Source of the DNA: Candidatus Krumholzibacteriia bacterium
GTDB lineage: Bacteria > Krumholzibacteriota > Krumholzibacteriia > LZORAL124-64-63
DNA: 22,964 nucleotides
NCBI GenBank assembly: GCA_036351155.1
Contig: JAZBOO010000070.1
Span: 1 to 22,964, forward strand
Direction: 5' to 3'
Shown in pieces: positions 1 through 8,015 of the stretch (position 1 is the stretch's first letter; each line of letters begins with the position of its first letter). The notes under the pieces were generated by a model. That model ran no database searches. It was not told the DNA's origin and worked only from the letters and a program-made list of their open reading frames with translations. The position numbers and the translations under genes were made by a program.

Positions 1-1
1 C

Positions 2-1456
2 GCGGAGGATCATGGCGAGGCCCACGGGGACACCCACGGTGAAGAACACGCCGGCGGCCACCACGGCCCCAGCCCCACAGGCCTGCTTCCCCTGTGGTCG
101 GCCATTCCTTTTGCAGGCATCCTGCTGTCCATCGCCCTCGGCCCCCTGGTTGCGCCGCACTTCTGGCACCATCATTTCCCCAAGATTTCCGCCATGTGGG
201 CCCTGCTTTTTGCCGTGCCGTTCCTGATCTGGAACCCCAGCGAGGCCTTCGGGGAGATCCTGCACATTTACTTCCTGGACTATTTTCCCTTCATCATACT
301 GCTGTGGGGACTGTTCACCGTTTCGGGCGGGATCTACGTGGGAGGCGCTCTGCGCGGCAACCCGCGGGTCAACTTCGTCCTGCTGCTGATCGGCACCTTC
401 CTGGCCTCACTGATCGGGACCACCGGTGCCGCCATGGTCTTGATCCGGCCTCTGCTGCGGGCGAACGACTGGCGCCGCAACAAGGTGCACCTGATCATCT
501 TCTTCATCTTCCTGGTGGCCAACATCGGCGGAAGCTTGACGCCCCTGGGCGACCCGCCCCTGTTCCTGGGCTTCCTGCACGGGGTTCCCTTCTTCTGGGT
601 GACCACCGGCATCCTGCCCCACATGTTGCTGACCTCGGCGATGGTGCTGGCTGTGTTTTTCGTGGTCGACACGGTTTTCTACAAGAAGGAAGACCCGGCC
701 AATATTCCGGTGGCCCAGCCCAACGAGGGCGGGATCAAGATCGAAGGTCTGCACAACCTCCTTTTCCTGCTGGGAATCATGGGCGCGGTGGTCATGTCCG
801 GTTCGGTGCAAATGCCCGGCGTGACCCTGTACAAGGCCGCGTTCCACCCGGTGACGGTGCCCCTGCAGAACTGGGTCAAGGATGTCATCATCATCCTGAT
901 GGGCGTGCTCTCTCTGAAGACCACCTCCAAGGTTCTGCGCGAGAAGAACGGATTCAGCTGGTTCCCCATTCAGGAAGTGGCTTATCTGTTCGCCGGCATT
1001 TTCATGACCATCATTCCGGCGCTCGCCATTCTCAAGGCGGGTTCCGCCGGCGCCCTGGCCGACCTGACCAATGCCGTGCACGGCCCGGTCCGGTTTTTCT
1101 GGGCCACCGGAATTTTGTCCTCGTTCCTGGACAACGCCCCCACTTACCTGACGTTCTTCAACGCCGCCCTGGGCGACCTGGGTGCCACCGAACCGATGGT
1201 CAAGGGGATGCTGGGTTACGCCAGCGACCTGGCCACCAAGAACCCCGAGTTCATCGGGGATCTGACGGCCATCAGCGCCGGCGCCGTGTTCATGGGAGCG
1301 GTCACCTACATTGGCAACGCCCCGAACTTCATGGTCAAGGCCATTGCCGAGGAAGCCGGTATTCCCATGCCCAGCTTCTTCGGGTACATGCTGAAATGGT
1401 CGATTCCTGTCCTGATGCCTATATTCGTCATCGTGACCCTGGTTTTCTTCCTGTAG
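2..1456 (+). CDS. Putative sodium:proton antiporter (ion transporter superfamily, DUF1646-like), 5'-truncated
   Basis: The frame of ORF 194..1456 is open back to position 2 (AEDHGEAHGDTHGEEHAGGHHG...LWSAIPFAGILLSIALGPLVAPHFWHHHFPK). Many hydrophobic segments. Motifs NIGGSLTPLGDPPLFLGF, LSSFLDNAPTYL and YIGNAPNFMVKAIA are typical of this family. Confidence 0.85.
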   Translation, partial: AEDHGEAHGDTHGEEHAGGHHGPSPTGLLPLWSAIPFAGILLSIALGPLVAPHFWHHHFPKISAMWALLFAVPFLIWNPSEAFGEILHIYFLDYFPFIILLWGLFTVSGGIYVGGALRGNPRVNFVLLLIGTFLASLIGTTGAAMVLIRPLLRANDWRRNKVHLIIFFIFLVANIGGSLTPLGDPPLFLGFLHGVPFFWVTTGILPHMLLTSAMVLAVFFVVDTVFYKKEDPANIPVAQPNEGGIKIEGLHNLLFLLGIMGAVVMSGSVQMPGVTLYKAAFHPVTVPLQNWVKDVIIILMGVLSLKTTSKVLREKNGFSWFPIQEVAYLFAGIFMTIIPALAILKAGSAGALADLTNAVHGPVRFFWATGILSSFLDNAPTYLTFFNAALGDLGATEPMVKGMLGYASDLATKNPEFIGDLTAISAGAVFMGAVTYIGNAPNFMVKAIAEEAGIPMPSFFGYMLKWSIPVLMPIFVIVTLVFFL

Positions 1457-1469
1457 AGGAGTGCGACAA

Positions 1470-2066
1470 ATGGCCCAGAAAAAGAGTAGCGCCAAGCCCA
1501 GCTATTTCGAGGTCGTCTTCAAGGGCAAGCCCAAGGTGGTGCGCGCCTTCCTGTCCGGCCTGGTGATGGGATCCGGAGCTGAGGGCGACATCTACTACAG
1601 CTATTCCGAAGGTGTTTTCCACGAAGGCAAGGCCGAGAAGTTCAAGGAACTGACCCATTTCCGAGCCATCGATTGCCACGTGATCATGGACAGGGAAACC
1701 AGTGCCCTGGTGAAGAAGATGCAAAAGAGCATCGCCACCGAAACGGGGCTCGAGATCACCTCGCACCGTAGCATCCGTTCAGCCAGCATCGAGCTTTCCT
1801 TCGAGGCTTTTGCCCGGCGGTACAACGATGAGATCGTGACTTTCCTCAAGAGTCTGCCCAAGGGCCTGAAGCTGGAAGGCTTCGAGCACGATGTCGAGCT
1901 TCACCCCGAAGCCAAGGGGGTCGAGGCCTACTCCCCCAGTCACCATTACGAGGCCAAGGGGAAGGGAACGGTCACCGGCCGGGTGGATCTGGTCATCGCC
2001 TTCAAGCGTGAGCTGGCGAACTATCCCTTGATCAAGGGCGATGAAGTGAGACTGAAGCTGGCCTAG
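1470..2066 (+). CDS. Hypothetical soluble protein (~198 aa), probably co-transcribed with the antiporter
   Basis: AGAGGAG RBS overlaps the antiporter stop, ATG at 1470. Coding-like composition. No recognised motif. Confidence 0.75.
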   Translation: MAQKKSSAKPSYFEVVFKGKPKVVRAFLSGLVMGSGAEGDIYYSYSEGVFHEGKAEKFKELTHFRAIDCHVIMDRETSALVKKMQKSIATETGLEITSHRSIRSASIELSFEAFARRYNDEIVTFLKSLPKGLKLEGFEHDVELHPEAKGVEAYSPSHHYEAKGKGTVTGRVDLVIAFKRELANYPLIKGDEVRLKLA

Positions 2067-2164
2067 CACCAGCGTCCCACAGAAAAAAAGCCCGGATGTC
2101 CTCGCCATGACCTTTCGATCATGGCTGCGGATTTCCGGGCTTTTTTTCTGTGGGACGCTGGTGC
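2066..2164. repeat. Long palindromic element, copy 1; probably also a bidirectional terminator
   Basis: Perfect 31-bp inverted arms 2066-2096 and 2134-2164, with an A7/T7 tract and an inner stem-loop. Lies between convergent genes. Confidence 0.9.
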
Positions 2165-2185
2165 CAGGTCAGTTCAAGGTTCACT

Positions 2186-2767
2186 TCAACGATAGATGGC
2201 CTTGACGGCAGACCAGGTGGTCTCCTGGACCGGCACGATACAATCTTCGTTGATGGCCGCGGTGATATTGCCCTGGCCATTGAGAACATTGACCGGAAAG
2301 AACTCGCCTCCCGGCAGGATCACCCCAGGAACATCCCAGGGTCCCGACGGAGCGTCTGCCTGGCGCATCATGAAATGCACCGGCCCGACGCCCACATCGA
2401 TATACAGCATGGTGAACACAACCAGGCTATTGACGGGCTGGAGGGGCCTCGGTTGGCCCAGGAGGACCACGTAGGGCACATTCTCGATGGGGTCCCAGAA
2501 TGGATACCCGGGAATGTTCGTTTGCAAGATCAGAGCCGATCCCGAGACATCCATCCCGAATTCAAATCCCACGATTTCCGGAACGGTCGGGTTGGTATAA
2601 ATGGCGTACATGGTCACCTGGGTGAAGGGGACCACTCCATCCTGGCAGTTCAGATCGGCCAGCTCGTCGAAGTAGAAACCGAAAAGGTCAGGCGTGGGGT
2701 CCAGGATGGCGTGGGCAGGAAAAGCCCACAGAAGGGCACACAGAGCGAACAGGGTAAAAAGCTTCAT
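2186..2767 (-). CDS. Small secreted beta-rich protein with C-terminal TTWSAVKAIYR motif
   Basis: Signal peptide MKLFTLFALCALLWAFPAHA; RBS AAAGGGG upstream; 193 aa; ends VPVQETTWSAVKAIYR. Confidence 0.85.
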   Translation of the reverse strand: MKLFTLFALCALLWAFPAHAILDPTPDLFGFYFDELADLNCQDGVVPFTQVTMYAIYTNPTVPEIVGFEFGMDVSGSALILQTNIPGYPFWDPIENVPYVVLLGQPRPLQPVNSLVVFTMLYIDVGVGPVHFMMRQADAPSGPWDVPGVILPGGEFFPVNVLNGQGNITAAINEDCIVPVQETTWSAVKAIYR

Positions 2768-2820
2768 GACATCCCCCTTTCATCATGAGTATATCAAAAA
2801 CAGTGAGCCCGGGAAAGGGT

Positions 2821-2854
2821 CCCGATATCCTCGCGTTGACCCTGCGATCACGGC
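2821..2854. repeat. Degenerate third copy of the palindromic element core
   Basis: 2825-2854 (atatcctcgcgttgaccctgcgatcacggc) matches 2096-2125 at 24/30 positions by manual ungapped alignment. Confidence 0.65.
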
Positions 2855-2904
2855 GACTCGGCCCAGGATAATCGTAGAGGTGCGACCAGCTATACCAAGT
2901 TTGT

Positions 2905-3013
2905 CCCAGATAGACGGAGGTCGACAGAAAAGAGCCCGGAAATCCGCAGCCTTGATCGTAAGATCATGGCGAGGACATCCGGGCTCTTTTCTGTCGATCT
3001 CCGTCTATCTGGG
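2905..3013. repeat. Long palindromic element, copy 2 (inverted relative to copy 1); probable terminator of the C25 gene
   Basis: 36-bp arms 2905-2940 and 2978-3013 with a single G.T mismatch. Core 2933-2985 is 50/53 identical to the reverse complement of 2089-2141. Confidence 0.9.
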
Positions 3014-3018
3014 CCGAG

Positions 3019-6000
3019 CTACTTCATGAGAAGCATCTTACCGACCACTGTTTCTCCACCGGCGTTGACCCGGTAGAAATACGTCCCGCTGGCCACGGCC
3101 TGACCCTGGTCATCACGACCGGTCCAGGTCACCGACTGACGGCCCGCGGTCATGACCTCGCTCAGAACCTGGGCCACCCGACGGCCGGCCACATCGTACA
3201 CGCTCACATCCACCTTGCCATCGCGCGGCACGGCAAATTTGATCGTGGTCATGGGGTTGAACGGGTTGGGATGGTTGCCCTCGGCCACCAGCGTGCGAGG
3301 CAGGTCCTCATCGCCGGCAGCCGTGGCCACCGCTTCGTAGGTCAGCCGCAGGCACCAGTTGTTGACCGTACCGTAATCCTGGGGACCAAAGTCCATCACC
3401 CGCAGGGTCCATTCCCCGAACATCTCTTCCCCGATGAAGGCGGTGAGACTCTCGAAAGGAGTGGTCTCGGCAGGGTACCAGGTGTAGATATCGTCGGTGG
3501 AACCACCCGAGTTGTTGTGCAACCGCACCACAGTGCCGAGGGGACTGATCAATTCCAGCACGAGATCCGACTGGTAGGTATGCGTGATGTCCACGAACAC
3601 CTCGACCGCCGACACGGGACCGTGCATGGGCAGGTTCACCGAACAGTAGGCCCCCCCCGTGGGGTCGTTGTCGGGAATGGCCATCGCCGGGTTGTCACAG
3701 AACTCGGTGGTCATGATGGCATTGAGCTGGAAGTCCAGACCGACCATCTGCTCGTTGTCACCCAGCACGATGTTCTGGGCGGCGGAAGACCAGCCGTCCT
3801 TGGTCACCATCAGGCTGTAGTTGCCGGCGAAAAGTCCGTCGAAGACGAAGTTGCCGTCGGCACCGGTCACCAGGGTGTGTTCTCCGGGGTTGAGGGACAA
3901 GGTCACGCCCGAGTCGTCCGGGGCACCGGCCACATGGACCGCACCGGCGACGGACGAGTTGCCCATTTCCTCGGTGATCAGGTAATGCACGGCGTTGTTC
4001 AGGAGAGCTTCCCGTTCACCGGCCGCCAGGGCCGAATAGTTGAACGTGAAGAAGACGATCTGGCCGCCCTGGGGCGCCGGGTTGGGGTCGTAGCAGACCA
4101 CGCTGGCACCACTGCCACTGGACCAGGCACCAGGATCCTGGGCATCGCTGGCCGGGGTCACGGAATCGGAATCGCCGTACCCGCTGTAAGTCAGGGTCAC
4201 CGGGCCGTCCACCGAGTGGGGCACGCTCATCACGTTGTGTCCGGGGTCGGCCACGGTGAGGTCACCCACGTTGTCCGAACCCCAGCCGGTGATGTGCATG
4301 ACCTCGGCGGCGAAATCGACATCGGCGCGGTGGTTATAGGCCACCTCGCCACCCTCGAGCAACAGGTGCCCACCGGCATTCACCAGGTCGCGCAGGTGCT
4401 GCTTCAGGGTCGAGTTCAAGGTGCCGGTGTTGTCCCCACTGGACATGACCACCAGGTTGTAGTTTTGCCAGTCGGAGAAATCGTAGCTGTCCGCCGGCAG
4501 GTAGGTGACGCTGTAACCCATGGTGGTCAAGGCTGCCGTGATGTCGGTGGCCGAACGGGCCGCCGGAGCCTGGTAAGGCGCGGCCAGAGGCTGACCGATC
4601 TTGTCCAGCTTCACCTCGTGGCTCACCATCTCGTCGCGACCCGAGTTGTCGTCCAGAACCAGGATATTGCCCACCGTGGGCTCCAGGATGAAATCCTTCA
4701 CCACGGACACGGCATCGATGGTCACCGGGACGGTCTGGGGCACAAACTGGTTCGCCGTCACCAGCACTTCGTAGTCGAAGTAGGTCAGGCCGGTGATGGT
4801 GTAAGCGCCCGTCGTTTCGTCGGAATAGATCTGGGCCACCTGTTCGCCGCTGTCCGAGCGCTTGACCCGGACCTGGCCGAAGATGGGTGATCCGTCGTCG
4901 CTGCTGGTCAGCGTTCCGCTCAGGTCACCGAAGGGGGCCAGGCCGAGACCCGTTTCCAGATCGTTGGTTCCGTACATGAGGAAAAATGATTCGGTGCTCT
5001 GCAGATAGCCGAACTTGCTGACCATGAGCACGTAGTCACCCACCGCCAGTTCTTCGTCGTGCGACCAGCTGCCATCGAAGGCCGTGCTGTACTCGAAAAC
5101 CGCCGCATCGCCCGGAGTGTAGGGCGCCACGTAGCAGGCCACCATGGCGTTCGCCACATTGGCTCCCCCGTTGTCGGCATCGTTCACATGGCCGGCCACG
5201 GTGCCGTAGGCGGTCACGATATCGATGGGCATGGCGAAAACGTTGTAACCGGTCTTCATCAGAGCCGCTTCGCCCACACCGGTCATGGTCGGGGTGACCG
5301 GCAGAGTCAGACTGTTGCCGGCATCACTCATGCTGACGCTGACACCGCCACCGATGAAGGACAGCATCAGGTCGGATTCATACGCCGAACCCGCCAGCTC
5401 GCCTTCCAGGAACGGAGTCAGGCTACCGACCAGGCCAATGCCCGGCACGCCCGCGCTGAGGGAGGGGTTGGTCAGTTCAGCTGCCCCGGTCACGGGCAGT
5501 TCCACGTTGAACATGTCATAACTCGCGCCCGCTTCCCGACCGCGCACGTTCAGGGTCTCACCGAACTGAGGATTGACCATGAAAGTCACAACACCGTACT
5601 GGTCGGTGACGCCTTCGAGGCCTTCCACACCGTAACCTTCAATGAACACGTCCACGTTGGTGGTGCCCTTGGCCGGAGGATCGGTGAGGGTCACGGTCAC
5701 CTCGGTGGTCACGCCCACGGGGATAGAAGCCGGCTGGATGTCGACCACCACCGGCACGATGGCATTGAGTTCCTCGACGTGGGTCAGCAGGTTGTAGCCG
5801 GTGATCGTCAGGGTCACTTCGCCACCCTGGACCACGGGATTGCTCAGGGCCACATCGCAGTGTCCGCTCTCGTCGGTCACGCCGGTGCCGTGCAGAACAC
5901 CATTGCTGTAAAGGCTCACCTGCGCACCGGCCACACCGGTGTCGATGGGGAACACGGTGGACCCGATGACCACCACGCCGCCATGAGCAACCACGGGCTG

Positions 6001-7719
6001 GATGGGTTCCTTGGTCCGCACCTGCAGGGTGCAGTCCCCGAAAATATTGTACTGTTCGACCAGCTGGGTCCCCGTGCTGCCGGGGTACTCGTCCAGGGTC
6101 TGCATCATGCCGTGGTAGTACAGCGAGCCGATCACATGGGTCTGCTCGGTCACCAGCAGGTTCACGGCCTCGGCCTGCATCACGCAGGGAGGCACCCAGG
6201 GCGTGCTGGTTGAAGCGCTGTACATGGCCACCGCGCCGTTGGGCTGGGCCGTGGTGCCGGAACGCAACCAACCTTCAGCGAAGCACTCGGTCTGGCTGAA
6301 ATCGCCGTTGGAGCAGCTCACGTCGATGACCCAGGGCATCTTGTAGCCGTTGCTCAGGTTGTTGGCGTCGGCGGTGGTGAAATAGGGGTTGGACCAGCTG
6401 GAGCCGGAGCCATGGCCGATGTAGTAAACCAGGCTGCGACCTTCGTTGACAGCGGCCGCGATGTCGGAGGCACCATCTCCATAGAGCTGGAAAATCTGAT
6501 CCACATTGGTGAAGCCGTATTCCAGCAGATCGTCGCGCAGCCAGTTGGCACGCTCGTGATCGGCCGGAGAACCTTCGCTCGAGGCCAGCGCGGAAGCCTG
6601 GGCATACCAGGTGCCACCGGCCATGGGGTCACGCTCATAGGTGACGAATTTCTGGGTCTGGATCAACACATCATCGGGGGTCTGGGCCGAGATGCGCGAC
6701 ACGAACAGATCCGGATAAAGATCGCTGCCCTCGCAGTTGGCGTAGCGGGTGTCGTCATCGGCGCTTTCGTAGGTGCCGCTGAAGGTGGGCACCTGAGCCT
6801 GGTCACCCACCAGGATCACGTAAGTCAGGCCTTCAGGAGAGTCGTAGCGGGTCTGGATGGCGTTCTTGATGCCGGTGGTGCTGCCCCCGACACTCCCGGT
6901 CGAGATCACCTCGACGTTCATGCCCCGCTGCCGCTTCCAGTCGACGAAATCGCCGATGATGCCCATGAAAGAATCGTGGCTGACGATCAGCAAATTGCCT
7001 TCCTCGGGAACCATGGTGTACTTGGCCGCGGCATCGAAGTTGTCGAAGCGCTGGCTGTACATGGCCTGGAACTGGCTGTCCACGGTGGACTGGATCCGGG
7101 CCTGCTTCACGTTCACGCCACCGGTGCCCTCGGTGACCACTTCCAGGCGAATGGACTCGAGAGCCATCAGCACCTGACGGTCGGCATCCCAGCGCAGCGG
7201 GTTCAGCCGGAGGTTCACGCCGCGATAGTCGCGCATGATGTAGGGTTCACCCAGTTCGATTTCCTGAGCGGGATACACTCCACCCAGATAGGCCGGGCCG
7301 AAGGTGTAGGGGATCTGGGTGGGATCCTCGGTCCGCAGCAGGTTGCCCTTGGAGGGCAGAACCGGGTGGGATTCCACTTCACGCCAGGTGCTGTCCAGGA
7401 TGCGCACCGCAGGCGTGCCCTCATCCGGAATGATGAGACTGCTGGTGAGGAAGGGAAGCTCGGGCTGGCCTTCCTTCAGCATGAACCAGTGGCCGGGCAG
7501 GCGCAGCCGGGCGAAGGGCTGACCATCCACGTCCACGGTTTCGGAATCGAATCCCGGCAGGTCGATGTTCAAGATGGTCCGACCGGGGTCGGCCTGCATC
7601 ACGTCAACCTGGGGCTGCGCGGCAGCCTTGCCATCAAGACTGACCCACTCGGCATGGGCGACCGTGCCGAACACCATGACAAAGGTGAGCACCAGAACTG
7701 TCACTATCCTGTTGAACAT
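3019..7719 (-). CDS. Secreted C25 (gingipain-like) cysteine peptidase, multidomain: propeptide, catalytic domain, Ig/carboxypeptidase-regulatory-like repeats, proprotein-convertase P-domain, FlgD-Ig/T9SS-like C-terminus
   Basis: Start MFNRIVTV at 7719 after RBS GGAGGG; signal peptide. C25 motifs YVILVGD, VSRIS, YIGHGS (His), DVSCSNG (Cys), QYNIFGD. P-domain VDITHTYQSDLVLELISP...GEWTLRVMD. C-terminus NHPNPFNPMTTIKF...VYDVAGRRV...WTGRDDQGQAVASGTYFY. Confidence 0.92.
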   Translation of the reverse strand: MFNRIVTVLVLTFVMVFGTVAHAEWVSLDGKAAAQPQVDVMQADPGRTILNIDLPGFDSETVDVDGQPFARLRLPGHWFMLKEGQPELPFLTSSLIIPDEGTPAVRILDSTWREVESHPVLPSKGNLLRTEDPTQIPYTFGPAYLGGVYPAQEIELGEPYIMRDYRGVNLRLNPLRWDADRQVLMALESIRLEVVTEGTGGVNVKQARIQSTVDSQFQAMYSQRFDNFDAAAKYTMVPEEGNLLIVSHDSFMGIIGDFVDWKRQRGMNVEVISTGSVGGSTTGIKNAIQTRYDSPEGLTYVILVGDQAQVPTFSGTYESADDDTRYANCEGSDLYPDLFVSRISAQTPDDVLIQTQKFVTYERDPMAGGTWYAQASALASSEGSPADHERANWLRDDLLEYGFTNVDQIFQLYGDGASDIAAAVNEGRSLVYYIGHGSGSSWSNPYFTTADANNLSNGYKMPWVIDVSCSNGDFSQTECFAEGWLRSGTTAQPNGAVAMYSASTSTPWVPPCVMQAEAVNLLVTEQTHVIGSLYYHGMMQTLDEYPGSTGTQLVEQYNIFGDCTLQVRTKEPIQPVVAHGGVVVIGSTVFPIDTGVAGAQVSLYSNGVLHGTGVTDESGHCDVALSNPVVQGGEVTLTITGYNLLTHVEELNAIVPVVVDIQPASIPVGVTTEVTVTLTDPPAKGTTNVDVFIEGYGVEGLEGVTDQYGVVTFMVNPQFGETLNVRGREAGASYDMFNVELPVTGAAELTNPSLSAGVPGIGLVGSLTPFLEGELAGSAYESDLMLSFIGGGVSVSMSDAGNSLTLPVTPTMTGVGEAALMKTGYNVFAMPIDIVTAYGTVAGHVNDADNGGANVANAMVACYVAPYTPGDAAVFEYSTAFDGSWSHDEELAVGDYVLMVSKFGYLQSTESFFLMYGTNDLETGLGLAPFGDLSGTLTSSDDGSPIFGQVRVKRSDSGEQVAQIYSDETTGAYTITGLTYFDYEVLVTANQFVPQTVPVTIDAVSVVKDFILEPTVGNILVLDDNSGRDEMVSHEVKLDKIGQPLAAPYQAPAARSATDITAALTTMGYSVTYLPADSYDFSDWQNYNLVVMSSGDNTGTLNSTLKQHLRDLVNAGGHLLLEGGEVAYNHRADVDFAAEVMHITGWGSDNVGDLTVADPGHNVMSVPHSVDGPVTLTYSGYGDSDSVTPASDAQDPGAWSSGSGASVVCYDPNPAPQGGQIVFFTFNYSALAAGEREALLNNAVHYLITEEMGNSSVAGAVHVAGAPDDSGVTLSLNPGEHTLVTGADGNFVFDGLFAGNYSLMVTKDGWSSAAQNIVLGDNEQMVGLDFQLNAIMTTEFCDNPAMAIPDNDPTGGAYCSVNLPMHGPVSAVEVFVDITHTYQSDLVLELISPLGTVVRLHNNSGGSTDDIYTWYPAETTPFESLTAFIGEEMFGEWTLRVMDFGPQDYGTVNNWCLRLTYEAVATAAGDEDLPRTLVAEGNHPNPFNPMTTIKFAVPRDGKVDVSVYDVAGRRVAQVLSEVMTAGRQSVTWTGRDDQGQAVASGTYFYRVNAGGETVVGKMLLMK

Positions 7720-7879
7720 CAGACCCTCCGGAGGAAATGAAAGAGTGAACCCAATGCGGACGTTAATCCTACCATCTGGGATTGGCCGCAATCAAATCGG
7801 ACAAAACATATGGGGTATCCGTGCCCCCCGCAGAGAACCTGTTTTCAGAGCCCCGCTCACCCCCAGTCATCTAAGGGAC

Positions 7880-7908
7880 ATTAAATAAACAGTTTATACA
7901 ACCGTCAA
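7880..7908 (-). promoter_or_regulatory. Sigma70-type promoter for the C25 gene
   Basis: Minus strand TTGACG-17 nt-TTTAAT. The spacer contains the palindrome ATAAAC-A-GTTTAT (7885-7897). Confidence 0.6.
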
Positions 7909-7945
7909 CCCGCAGCGCTCCAGGGCCGACTATCTTCTATATGTT

Positions 7946-7979
7946 AAAAAAAAAGGCGCCTCCTTCTGGGAGACGCCTT
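7946..7979 (-). terminator. Rho-independent terminator of the lipoprotein gene
   Basis: Minus strand AAGGCGTCTCC-CAGAA-GGAGGCGCCTT followed by a T-run, ~35 nt after the stop at 8016. Confidence 0.85.
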
Positions 7980-8015
7980 CCGACAAAGCTCACGAAATTG
8001 TTATTTTTTCCGTGA

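Noticed and set aside
2061..2180. Integron attC site (GCCTAGC resembles RYYYAAC at a stop codon before a hairpin)
   Set aside because: The invariant AAC/GTT ends are not present, arms lack extrahelical bases, and no integrase is in the window.
2066..3013. CRISPR array or IS element
   Set aside because: Copies are inverted and irregularly spaced with no spacers. No transposase or target-site duplication was seen.
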